Below, in pieces: positions 11,983-24,178 of a stretch of 64,000 bases of DNA. A program made the translations under genes and the position numbers. The DNA is taken from assembly GCA_964252035.1 (NCBI GenBank), contig OZ176204.1. One strand, given 5' to 3'. The stretch's first letter is position 1; every line of letters starts with the position of its first letter. The notes below the pieces were generated by a model. The model was given only the letters and a program-made list of their open reading frames with translations, had not been told where the DNA came from and made no database searches. This DNA comes from Podarcis erhardii. Taxonomy: Eukaryota.

Positions 11983-12889
11983 AGGGGGAATAGTGTTTCC
12001 AAATGGAAACTACAATGACTTCAGAAGTGCACAGCAACATCCATATATTAGAATTAGATCCAAAATGTTCACAAGTGCAAGACTTGCATGTCCTGTTCTT
12101 AAGAAACATTATCCTCAATAGCTTCTGCGCAGTGGGGAAAAAAAAAGGTCTATGTAAATACCTTTGGAGAGGGCAACTTTCCTTATGCATTTCCCTAAAA
12201 AGCAGCCTGGTAAATATTTGCAAAACAAAATCAATAATGAAACATGATATCAAACTGATGTTAGGTTTTATGTGTGAATAAAAAAATATTTACACAGAAA
12301 ATCTCTCCTCATTTAAGACTATTTATTCATGTGACTTGACAAGTCACTTTGGCTTTACTCCATTTCCCCCCGCCCCTGCATTAACTGCATTCTTTATTTC
12401 TGTGCTGTGATGAACAAGCCCCCCCCCCACGCCCAATAATAGCTTGCAGACTGAAAATGTATGATCAGAAGTTCAGGGTTCTAAACTGTAGGGAGAAAAT
12501 GCTCAACACGTGAAGGGTTGAGAGGAGCATTGTGACGTTGGGGGTGGAGCCAAATATACATTGCCCCTTCATACATATAACATGGGAAGGCAACTTAGGT
12601 GACAGTACTCAGAACATAGTGGGAATGTGCACACACAGTGCTGTACCTCTTGAAATCTGAAAAGTCAATTCAGTGGTGAACTTTGGGCTTTAGAATTTCA
12701 GCGGCATCCCTTGTGACGCCAAAATTCACCCCCACCTCGCCTTCCGTTATTCACCATTGTTGCAGAATCCACTGCAGCACCCTCTTGGCTCGGGGCCCAG
12801 TGTGGGCGAACTGGTTGCGCTCCCCTAAATCCTCCTCTGATCAATTATAGTTCTGCATGTAGGCTATGACAGAAGAGCAATATTTGGGT

Positions 12890-13206
12890 TGCACTAGTCC
12901 AACTCCCAATAGACTGCGATCTACTCACAGTATAAAAAAAAACTGGCAGTGATCTACCCATTGTCGTAAAAAGACTGGCAGTGATCTACCCAAAGTTGTG
13001 GAGCTTTTTTTAGGAAGCCAGAGTTGTGGAGCTTGAGTTTTTTTTAGTAAGCCAAAGTTGTGGAGCTGTTTTTAGGAAGCCAAAGTTAGGTTTAAAAAAA
13101 AAAAATAATTATAAGGAGATCGCTGAGGGGCCAGAGGTCAACTAGGATCTACCAGGACACCCCACGATCTACCAGTAGATCATGATCTACCTGTTGGACA
13201 TGCCTG
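12890..13206. mobile_element. hAT-type non-autonomous element with internal tandem subrepeats
   Basis: Right end TTGGACATGCCTG, repeated GATCTAC motifs, two ACTGGCAGTGATCTACCCA and about three AAAGTTGTGGAGCT..TAGGAAGCC units; left end degenerate. Confidence 0.6.
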
Positions 13207-13872
13207 CTGACTAGAGTATGGTCTGAAGCCAAGAAGGTCCAGTCAGTGACTGAATTGGTGACTGGGAACCACACATACATTTCCTTGGATTCCATTATGG
13301 AAGCAAGGTTCCCAAATGAACAAACAGCAGTCACTCTGGAAACACCTTGCCTGTGTTCAACTTTCTCTGAAATGTGACAGCTGTCAGAGGATAGCTGCAA
13401 CTGCAACAGATCAGCTACAAAACGTGTTCTCTTCTAAGCTATGAAACTGCTTTGCCATCTTCTTTGTCTTTTTCCATAATGTATGGACTAGAGACCAGAG
13501 GCATTGTTGCTGCTAAGTTGACAGCTAGACCAGCCAGGAATATTATTTGTGCACATAAGCATAACTAGTCAGAGCTTTTTTTTTTCAAGGATTGGAAGCA
13601 CTCACTTACCTCGTCCATTTCTTCCAAGCTACAGCTTGTGTCCTTTCTTTGTTTTGATTCTCTACCCAGTCTTTAACTCTGTAATGAGAGACTCACTTCT
13701 CTCCACACACACACCAGTTCTGGCACAAAAGTTAATTTGGATAACAACCCACAACTTAGCATTCAAATCCTTTAAAGCTCTATCTCTTGTAAAGTGTTTG
13801 ATCACTGAATTTAATATTTCAGTCTTTGAACTACTACTGTCAGATCTTATTATGGAAAATGTTTTCGCATAG

Positions 13873-13885
13873 TGCCACCTAGTGG
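13873..13885 (-). promoter_or_regulatory. Candidate CTCF site
   Basis: Minus strand CCACTAGGTGGCA, full match to CTCF core CCRSYAGRKGGC. Confidence 0.55.
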
Positions 13886-15674
13886 AAACCAACCAGTTAA
13901 TCTTCTTGTTCAGAAATGAACACATTTGGCCAATAAAGCAAAAAGTTACCGAAAAATAAATAATTCTGGTAGCAAAAGGTTGGTCTTTGATTGTAGCACA
14001 TATGCTTTTAGTATAGTTCATACATGTTATGGTTGTATTCCTATTTGCAAACTCCCCACAGCTTCTCTTACACCGTTGTATCTGATGAATGAGGAAAGAC
14101 AGAGGCTTTGGCTGCCTACTGCTTGTATGATTGCTGTGATGCATTTAATCATTGTTCACTTTCCTTCAGGAATGTTGTTTTGGCTGCATTGCTTTCTAAG
14201 GACCTCTAGCTATCTTCTGCTTCTGCCTTGCTTAATCCTTGCTTTTTATGGAGCAATGCCTTTTTGTATAATCTGATTGCTGATTGCATAGAATCACTTA
14301 CCCAGCAATGGAGCACAGAAAACATACTTAGTGTGTTTAATGTGTGTCATGATAGTAGATACTGCTAGGAAGCAATGTAAATAGTAACAGTAAATAGTTT
14401 TTGGCTTCTTTCTGGTATTAACTTGCATAGTAGTTGTTTTATGCTAATGGTAGCATGGATATCACATGACTAACATGGTCATCGGCTGGTTTTGAACCAG
14501 GAACATACTTAGGTGGATTAATAACTTAACAGTTCTCCTAGTTCTTCCTTGAGACATCCTTTGGCTCCAGATCTACATTGTCTGGTCTGTTTTTAATGGT
14601 CAGGTGAGTTATACCAATCATGGAACTAGTTCTGTGGCTTTTTAGCTACAGTTTTTCCTGGAGCTCCATTCCTTCAGAGTTTGTATAACATTATGACTGA
14701 GTATTTGTATCCATCATAAGCTAAAATCTTATTAGAGCTCTTTGGAATTCAGTCCTGCCTTGCTTCCCTTTAAAGTAATAATATCGCCGTTATTGACGTC
14801 ACAATGGATATGGAAAGTGTTGAAGCATCTGAGGCCAGTACGCCGATTTAGAATCATGCCTGTTACACAAACCAGACCCATAGGCTTCACTTTGTGGGTG
14901 CTGTTGCAAGGCATACACATATAATGCACTTTCTGTTCCTGTCCTTATTTTATGTATTTATTAAATCATAAATTTCACTCAGGGAAGCAAACATCAAAAC
15001 AACAAAAACAATATTTTTTTTAAAAAAAATAAAGAACAGACAACTGTGTACAACTAAATAATGTCAAGGTTTCTAGGAACAATATATTTCAGCCATCAAA
15101 TGCCTAGGTAAACAGGAATGTTTTAAAATGGCAATAAGAGTGCCTTTTATCAGTGGAATACCTACTACAGTGGATACACCTTGTAATAGTGCAACAGTAT
15201 TACTTGGTTTTCTCAGGAAAATGTCTTCTAGCCCACAAAGTTGGAGACTAGTTATCTTTCTTTTTTCAATTTATTAGATTTATATTCCACTCTTCCAAAG
15301 GAGCCCAGATACACTGTCTTGGACATAACATACACTGGCTCTGTCTGAACAATCATATCTTGGCTTAATAAATGGAGATATGAACAAGCCTCTTGGCTAC
15401 ACATGTGATCTCTTTGCTTTAACTTTATTTTCCTGTTTCATTCAAATCTGGAAACTACAGTTAACAGTTTCAGAAAAAGATAGGATGGATATTTAGCCAA
15501 CATCAAACATCACTTAACATCTTGGCTTGTTCTGACGCTGTTAAGCATAGTATCCCAATACAGATGAAACAAGAGGCTATAGTTAATGGAAGACTTCTTG
15601 CTCTTTTGTGCAAAAGACAGAGGACTCAGCTGTACAGCTGCAAATAAAACGTTTTAAGTGAAATATACAATGTG

Positions 15675-15687
15675 ACACTAGATGGCA
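15675..15687 (+). promoter_or_regulatory. Candidate CTCF site
   Basis: ACACTAGATGGCA, one mismatch to core. Confidence 0.4.
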
Positions 15688-18464
15688 ATGGTGAGTCTCA
15701 TGGAAAAGTCAATGTATTTTTAAAAACACATTTTCAGAATGGTTTTTATTGGCCAAGAGGCTTATTACTATCTCAGTTTATTAAGCTGATATATGATAGT
15801 CTAAATGTGGCTTGAATTTTAGTGTAAAACCCTTCACCAGTGTAAAAACATAGAGAACTAAGACTCAGTAATCAAAACCCAGAAAAAATGGTTTTATAGA
15901 CTGCCAGCACTAGAAAAATGGACCAAATGATCCATCTGGGTCAAGCCTGAGACTATTAATTTACAACCTGAAATTCCACTTTCACTGGACTCCACCTGAG
16001 TATTTCCTTTTGCTACCTTGCTGCACCTGAGATTAGTAATTTCTAGGCTTTGCTCTGCATTATGTTCTGATAAAAACTTTTTAGAATTTACAAAAAAGAA
16101 TGATGAACCCAAACTTTCCTTAACAGACTCAGAGTTCAAGATATGGCAGTTCTCCTGTGCACGATGAAAGTGTAAGTTGAAAGAAAAAGACAGTACAAAC
16201 TCCACAGAGGTGACTTGGTGGTGGTATAACAACATGCAAAGCTAAAGTTGGCTTGAAAGGAAGACAGTTTCTTTGATGCCTCACTTTCAGTCATTGAATT
16301 ATCCTGTGTTTGTCCGTAAGGTTGAATAAGAGATTGTTGGACAAGTCCTGAATATGTTTGATTTCTACGTCATGACACATTATTGGAATTTAGCACTTTT
16401 ATTTCATGGCAGATTCACATGACCCAGCTGGCAAAAGATGATCTGGAATAGCATTGTGATTTCTGCATCGCTAGATGTACCAAGCCACTATGTAACCATG
16501 GAGACCGGATTGAACAATGGCATAGTTGATATGGGGTTAGATCCAAAAAAGCTCTTCCATATATGAAGTCATCTTCAGTTCAGGGAAGGAATGTTTAATG
16601 CTAGAGCAAGCCTGTACAACTTATGACCCACCAAGCTAAAACACAGCCAGTAAGGCATGATTTGTGACCTACTAGATACTTGCACTCCCTTCTTTTGCAA
16701 TACCAGGCAGGTAGGGAACCAAAAGGTTTGTTGAGCCCCTCTTGGCTGGTAGACTGCATTCAGGCTGGTAGGTCACAAATTGTGCAGGCCTAAGTTAGAG
16801 CGCTGCATACAAAAAATGAAGCTAAACCCACATATGTTCGTCTGCTTGGCAAAAGGCTGTAGCTTCTCCTAAGCAATAAAGAATGAGAACTGCTACCAAG
16901 CAGATCCACCTCTAACAGGATTTTCAAAACTCTTGTGTTTGTGGTACAGAGCTTGTTGCTATTTTTCTTCTTGTCACAGTGCTTTTGGGTGCATCCTTTG
17001 GACTCTCTCTCTGTGTGTGTGTGTGTGATGCAGCAAGTATATAACAACTTATATAACAACCACAATCCCAGACCATCCAAGATATGCTCAAGAACCCATG
17101 TGGTACAATGGCTGAAGTGTTGGGCTTCAATGTGGATTATAATCCCTGTTCAGCTATGGAGAGTGTTATTAGTTATTATTGCTTAGCCTAGCATACATCA
17201 TAAAAGGTGGCAACTGTGAGGTTAAAACTGGTTGTTTGAATAATGATGGGATGCAAGCATACTACATATACTGATCCTACATCCTGGGCCTGAAAGGACA
17301 TGATTCAGCTTGTGGCAATGCACCTTACAGAAGTTTGCTTCAACATGATAAGAGATCTTCAAAGAGCAGATATCAGAGAAAGGATGGATAATTTTTCTAC
17401 TTCTTTACGTTAGACAAAATTCTGTTCTTTCTGCATAACAAGTATGGGGAACCTTTGGCTCTCTACATGTTACTAAACTACAACCTCCATCATCACATCA
17501 GCTTGCTAGGGCTGATGTCACTTGTAGTTCAGCAACATTTGGAAAGCCAAAGGTTCCCACTTCTGCTGTAATAAAACCCCCCGAGTTTTATCTGGACAAG
17601 GTTTACCACATGCAGCCAACCTGCCTTCAGTGCCAAGGATCATAAAATAAAAATAAAAATGGCACCTCCCTGTAAAAGTCATCTGGAAACTTGAATGCTT
17701 GGTGTCATTCAAACCCCTGAGCCAATGAGATACTTAATACAGGGATCACCATTGTGAAAGCTTTCTGTCCAACTATGGTAGCTGTCAAATTAATCACACT
17801 TGTGATTGCCAGCTTTGCAGGTAGTGTTACCAGAGGAATCATTTGTTATAGGTTGCTCTTGTAGAATATTTGATTAAATTAAGCATATGTGGAGGCTGCT
17901 TGAAACTCAAGCAGTTTCCTAAATCTGGATATGAGTAGGCAGTGCCATAGAAGAATCTTTAGGAGTTTCCAATCAACTTTTTCATATTGTCACCTTGATA
18001 ACGGAACAGTTTGGGGTCAGGTTACCTGAAAGACCACCTGACCCGCAATGAACCTGTAAGATCATATAGATCAGCACTCTACAGGATACCAGAGTGGGTA
18101 AATTGAAAACAGGCATTTTCTGCTGTTTCCCCTGCACATTGACGTGCCCGTCTCTTTGCCCTACATGAAGCATCACAGCAATTTCCCTTGATTGTCTTGT
18201 TAAAGGCATACCTTTTTCGGCAAGCTTCCCCTAATCTATCGACTCAGGCCCTGTACCACTGGATTTCTGTTTTTATGATGTAGTTTTATTGTTTTTACAC
18301 TGATTTGCATTGTTTGTACACAACATTGAGGGTTTCTTTGAATATTAAGTGGTTCAGAAATATTTTTAAATAAATAACACACCTGAAATGACAACTACTA
18401 ATGGATTTGTGACACATTGGGAGTAATCCTCTATCTATAATTTCCTTTCTTCCATGTCTTGCAG

Positions 18465-18500
18465 TCTCCAAGGACACTCTCTCCAACTCCATCTGCAGAA
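18465..18500 (+). CDS. ABLIM1: ABLIM1 exon, 36 nt (SPRTLSPTPSAE)
   Basis: ttgcAG / GTaagt, phase 0-0; identical to recalled ABLIM1 peptide. Confidence 0.96.
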
Positions 18501-18534
18501 GTAAGTTCAATGGAAGCTGTGCCCTCCATTGTAA

Positions 18535-18556
18535 GATGATGATGATGATGATGATG

Positions 18557-18597
<41 letters not shown>
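18535..18597. repeat. Compound microsatellite (GAT)n(AAT)n
   Basis: Direct reading. Confidence 0.95.
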
Positions 18598-18598
<1 letters not shown>

Positions 18599-19008
18599 TG
18601 ACTACCAGTAAAACAGTATTATTGCTTGTTGCGTCCTGCCTTCTTGTAAGCTGCCATTCTGTGACTATGCAGTCCACTGTGCTGAATGCAATTCAGCAAC
18701 AAAATGCACATGGCATTTATTTAGCTTATTGCCCTCAATGCAATCAATCTCATCTCATAATGGCAAGCTCGGGTTTTGCTTTAAAAAAATCAAACGACTC
18801 AGGGGCAGTATGGTTACATAACTGGGGCACTGAAATTTCAGAGGTCAAAGGTGAAGAAGTGAGCAGGGAGCAGGATCAGTAACTGTTGTTAAGTAGTGGA
18901 AACAAACTGAATAGTTGGAGCTGGTAAGCAATGCAATCATATATGCAGGGTTCCTTCTGTATGACAGTTGGGAATGAATGGAACAGACTATTCAACATCC
19001 TTACCCAG

Positions 19009-19361
19009 TAAGGTAAAGGTAAAGGGACCCCTGACCATTAGGTCCAGTCGTGACTGACTCTGGGGTTGCGGCGCTCATCTCGCTTTACTGGCCAAGGGAG
19101 CCGGCATACAGCTTCCGGGTCATGTGGCCAGCATGACTAAGCCACTTCTGGTGAACCAGAGCAGCGCACGGAAACGCTGTTGCCGGAGCAGTACCTATTT
19201 ATCTACTTGCACTTGATGTGCTTTCGAACTGCCAGGTTGGCAGGAGCAGGGACTGAGCAACGGGAGCTCACCCATCGCGGGGATTCGATCCGCCGACCTT
19301 CTGACTGGCAAGTCCTAGGCTCTGTGGTTTAACCCACAGCGCCACCCAGGTCCCTATATTA
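19009..19361 (-). mobile_element. Sauria SINE, near full length
   Basis: tRNA-like head at right end, CTTCCGGGTCATGTGGCCAGCATGACT core, (CCTTTA)n tail; 10-bp TSD CCTTACCCAG at 18999-19008 and 19362-19371. Confidence 0.93.
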
Positions 19362-19711
19362 CCTTACCCAGGAATGTATAGCAAATCTTGGAAGGGTTAA
19401 AGTGGGGTAAGGTGAATTCAGGAGCCCCATCTTCATGCTAGTATGAAGCCTCTGGGATTTTTGGGTCTTCCATGTTCAGTGTTTCAATGATAGACTTTTT
19501 GGACAGGCTAATATTTTTTTAAACGGCTCCCAACTCTCTTAAGTGTCAGCTTCCATGTTATGAGGGAAATGCTTTTTTGTAACATCTAGTTTGTCTCCAA
19601 CTGTCAAGGAACTGAAGCAGTGAGTTACTCTGGAAAAACATTTTAGCAGTATCTTTAACCATTATAACCCTGAATATTATAATATATATGTAAAATATTT
19701 TTTTACCTCAG

Positions 19712-19841
19712 GGATATCAGGATCTTCGGGATCGGATGATACACCGGTCTACCAGCCAGGGGTCCATTGGTTCTCCTGTGTACAGCCGTCACAGCTACAC
19801 TCCCACAATGTCACGTTCACCACAACATTTTCACAGACCTG
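19712..19841 (+). CDS. ABLIM1: ABLIM1 exon (GYQDLRDRMIHRSTSQGSIGSPVYSRHSYTPTMSRSPQHFHRP)
   Basis: cctcAG / GTaagg, 130 nt, phase 0-1. Confidence 0.97.
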
Positions 19842-20368
19842 GTAAGGCCCAATGTAGGCAAGTGGCCAAGCCACAGAATCTTAGCTTCTTTATGTCATAG
19901 AATTGTATAGAAAAGGAATCTGACACTTTAGTATTACATGACTTCTTGCATATGGTTTGGTTCTCTTCCCCCTTCCTTTTCACTTTTTGCTATTTTTAAT
20001 TAAGCTGCCTAGAATCTATGCCAATTAGAGAAAAGCACACTATTTCCTGCAATGAGTCTTGTTCTTAGGGGGAATGTTTGAGTGTTAGGATAAAGCTATT
20101 ACTATTGGGAAATTAAACTGGTTGCTTATCCTTTCTTTTATAAGTGGCAAGTAATGTTGAATATCATGCTATAGGGACCTTTTTAATGAGTCCTTGGTTT
20201 CAGACTGTGGAATACTCCTGATAATCAAACCTCGCAGTCCACATGACCTCTTTGCTTTGATGTTGAAATGGAAGGCCATCTTTAAAAACAGGAAAATTAT
20301 TTATTTAAAATCTTAGTGTGAAGACAGACATAAAGAAAGTTTTAAAAGTTAAATGCAAATTCCACAGC

Positions 20369-20421
20369 CCTTCCTTCCTTCCTTCCTTCCTTCCTTCCTT
20401 CCTTCCTTCCTTCCTTCCTTC
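20369..20421. repeat. (TTCC)n microsatellite
   Basis: Direct reading. Confidence 0.95.
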
Positions 20422-22668
20422 TTTCACATCTGAAATGTCCACTGTACACACTAGTGAATCAAATGCTGGCTCAGTTGTTAGGCTTGCCTCCCCACTTATG
20501 TCTTCCTTTAAAAAAACAACATTTAATTTGTGCCTTCTTAATTATTTTAAAGGAAACTTAAGCTTATTAAACATAAATCTCTTCTGAGTGTTTGAGGCAG
20601 GAAGAGATTTCTTGGTGGCATCACAGGGGCCAGCCCTGTGAATAGCTAAATATAGCCTCAAACTGGCAGAATTGTTCTTTTCAGAGCTTTATCCTGCTGA
20701 GGAAAGCTATCAGCTGGTCACTGTGAATAACTTTGCAGGGTAGCACACACAGCTCTTAAAATGTTGTGCCTGCATTCACCCCTAGCTAGCCATTAAGGTC
20801 TACAAATTGCAAACCAGTTCATCTGTTAAAGTTGCATGCACAAAACAGTGAAATTTCTACTTCAGAGATGTGCATTAAGCTGTATTTTTCTTTGAAGTCT
20901 TGCCTTTAAAACGTACATTCCTAAATAAACTGCTCGTGGGTAGCATTGTGAGCAAAATCTGGAAATTAAAATTGGTTAGCCTTACTCTGGAAACGGTATG
21001 GAACCCCAAAACTAGGGTTTGGGATTCAGGTTAGGGAGAATTGCATAGCTACCTTATCCAAAAGCAGGTGAAGCAAATGTCTAGATGCATGTTTTTCACA
21101 AAGGAATTTATTAGTATCAAGTTTGAGTGCGTTCATATGATGATGGTAAGCTTAAAATGTTGAAGAGGTTTTTCATTTAAAAGGCACAAATGAAATTTGG
21201 TTTATCATATAGCACTGACAAGATGATGATGAATTCTTCAAGATATACATGGTTGAGCCAACTGAATCTATTGGAATCTATGAAAAGGCTTCACATTTCT
21301 GCTTCTTGTGATTATAGCTCCATATATGCTAGATGATAAACAAATCCAGGCTTTCTTAAGAGTTTGACAGAGCACAATGGCTAGTTGTTTTTATTTCTGT
21401 GGGAAATAATGATCCAAGATGGCATTGGCCTCATTCAGACATAACGCTCAACAATAATTAAGGACAAATGAATGAGCCACTCCTCTTTCCTTCTCTGGTA
21501 TGGCCTCAAGGAAAAGATCAGAAGCTATCACTTCCATTTTTAACCACCTGCATTTTGGCATTAGGTGTACTGATCTGTCAGTATAATATAGTCAAAAGCA
21601 ATAAAATATAGTTGTTAATCTCCAACTGATTCCATTTCAGGAAGGTTCTATATGACAACTCTTAGTATGTGGATCTGTGAACATAATCTATGAACAGAAT
21701 TTACTATTTCAACACTTTTAATCCTGTAATTGTAATTAGAATGGTACAGTGTTTCCTTTAAACCATGATTTAACTAACTTAAGAGTGTGAAATATGACAA
21801 GATGTAGGACATGCCATTTCTCAAAATTGTATTTGTGAGATTTATTAAGATTGAGACAATGATTCAGTTTGCTTTGCTGATATTTTGAATAGCTTTCTAG
21901 CATTGTGTATTTAAATAAATGCAGGAAATAAAGTGGTTTCTGAGAGCAGTTCAAATTACTGGGGAAACAACCAGCATTATATTTTGAAATGACTGGGAAT
22001 TTTTCCCCTAAAGTTGGACAAGGAACACCGTTATTCACATAATAGCAGATATTTGCAGATTTCTTGTAACCCCAGATCTCAAAATTTCCAGAATGATTTT
22101 GAAAGTGACCTAAAGGCACTTTTTGAAAATTCCCTCATTGATAAACCACATGAAAGGCTACATTGATTAGAATATTCTATTCAAAAATGGCTCTCTTCCA
22201 GTATCTATATTATATTAAAAACTTTCATCATAAGGCCCCCAAGGTGTTCCTAGTGTTCTTAGTGGAATGACTAAACTCTTCTTCCAGAATTTCTTAAAAC
22301 AATTTTTAAAAGGACTTTGTACCCCTGTTTTGGCATTGTTTGGTCAGGTTGTCACCCAGACAGCTGCTGCTTCTGAAACTCATTTGGGTTCAGGGTGTGT
22401 GATGCATGAATAATATTTTTTTGCTATACAGAGAGGGTACTAATTTAAGCCTGGACTAAGGAAGTATCCAGTGGCAATCTTGAGTTTTCACCTTCTTCCT
22501 ATGACTTTTCCTAATATCTGTGTAATCTTATTTCTTCCTAGTTTGTTTAGTGCTTTTCTCCCTCTGTTCTCTCCCCGCCTCCAGCCACTGGCCCTGCTTC
22601 TGTCTTATTTTGTGTTCTCTTTTCTTTGTTTCCATTTTGTCTTGCCTCACGATTTCTTGCCGCTGCAG

Positions 22669-22788
22669 AGCTGCAGTCTAACGGTGTGCAGCGGTTAGCC
22701 CACCTGCGCACTAGCAGTCCCATCTCCACCCACAATGACTCCCGCCCCTACTCCCCTTTCCGACACCACTTCATCCCCCATGTCAAAG
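22669..22788 (+). CDS. ABLIM1: ABLIM1 cassette exon, 120 nt (ELQSNGVQRLAHLRTSSPISTHNDSRPYSPFRHHFIPHVK)
   Basis: Long pyrimidine tract, ctgcAG / GTaagg, phase 1-1, 40 codons, no stop; resembles the recalled 40-aa ABLIM1 alternative insert ending FRHHFIPH-K. Confidence 0.88.
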
Positions 22789-23798
22789 GTAAGGAGACAG
22801 GCCATTCAAGCTAGTGTCAGACAGACTGGAGATTTATTAGCATTCAAGGAAAGCTAATAAGGCACATCTCCATCAAGTGGCTATCAGCTGTGTGACTCCC
22901 GGCATGCCTCAGACCTGCGTCATAATGACTGTGTTAGACCTGACATACCTTCTCCATCTTCGAGGAAGTATGTCCTTTCTAAGGGTCTCCTTAGGTGAAG
23001 TGCTCCATTTCTTATGTTTTAGGAAAGTGTGGCTCTTTGAACAGCAAGGGGACAGAATTTTGCTGCCTTGGAAATGTAACTCTGGAATTGCCATAACTCT
23101 GAATCTCGCTCTTCAAACACATTGGCATGTCCTACATTTTCTGTAAGGTCTCTAGTAGCACCTCTCCCCATGCTTCAACTTCCAACACAAATAACGCCAT
23201 GTCTGTCGAGCTTCGCACAGAGACATTTTTCACTTACAATGCCTTCTAGCAGAGCCTCCTTCCCTCAAATCTAAGGCCAGATTCAGGTCATTTTACCAGC
23301 TCATACACTGGCAAACCCCAGCGTTGAACAACAAGGCTTGCTCTAATATAACAAATGCCAGCTCCTGTCTTAGGAATGCAGGAAGCTTCCTTATAGCATA
23401 TCTACACTTATTGGCGGTGGCTTTCTACAGTTTCAGACAGGAAGCTTACCTAACCCTACCTGGAAATGCCAGCAATTGATACTGGGAGTTATCGCAAGCA
23501 AAGCATGTGCCTCTACCACTGGGCAAACCACCATGTGAGGCTGCATTCATATAACATTTTTATTGTCTGGAGTGACATGGTACAATCACTACTTATTTTC
23601 AAAAGCTAAGATTCATCTCTCTTAAAAACTATCTTCATAGTTTAGCTTGCTTTTCATACCGTCACACTATGTAACTCTTAAAATTCCCTACCTGTTCCAG
23701 TTAGCTTGCTCCATCTTCCTGCCAGTATATTGATCCTCCATGATGACTACCCTACCACTTTGTATACAAAAAAAGTATCAGGTGTTATAATGATTGTA

Positions 23799-24178
23799 AT
23801 ACAACAAAACCAAAACACCAAACTGGCTTGCAAATATAAAGGACAATTTTATTTAGTTCAGCAAATTAGAGTGCAATGTGCATATCAAAGTCTGGAGATA
23901 CTTATAGACATACAGTCAACTAGTCGCACAACTCTGCCAGTAATGTATATAGTAAGTAATAGTGTCATAGCACAGTTGAAACAAGTGAATTGTTCTACAG
24001 TTAGTTATCTACTGGAAGCGCAAAGTCCTGTAAGTGGGAATGGTTGCAAGAAAGGGTTCTTCACATAGCCATATGTAGATCTCCAGGCTTTGATATGCAC
24101 ATTGCACTTTAATTTGTTGAACTAAGTAAAATTGTCCTTTATATTGCAAGCCGGTTTGGTGTTTTGGTTTTGTTGTAT
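23799..24178. repeat. ~100-bp inverted repeat with 179-nt spacer
   Basis: 23799-23899 versus 24079-24178: 5 mismatches and 1 indel. Confidence 0.85.

Noticed and set aside
13662-14144. 160-aa minus-strand ORF
   Set aside because: No recognisable homology; antisense in AT-rich intron, within chance length
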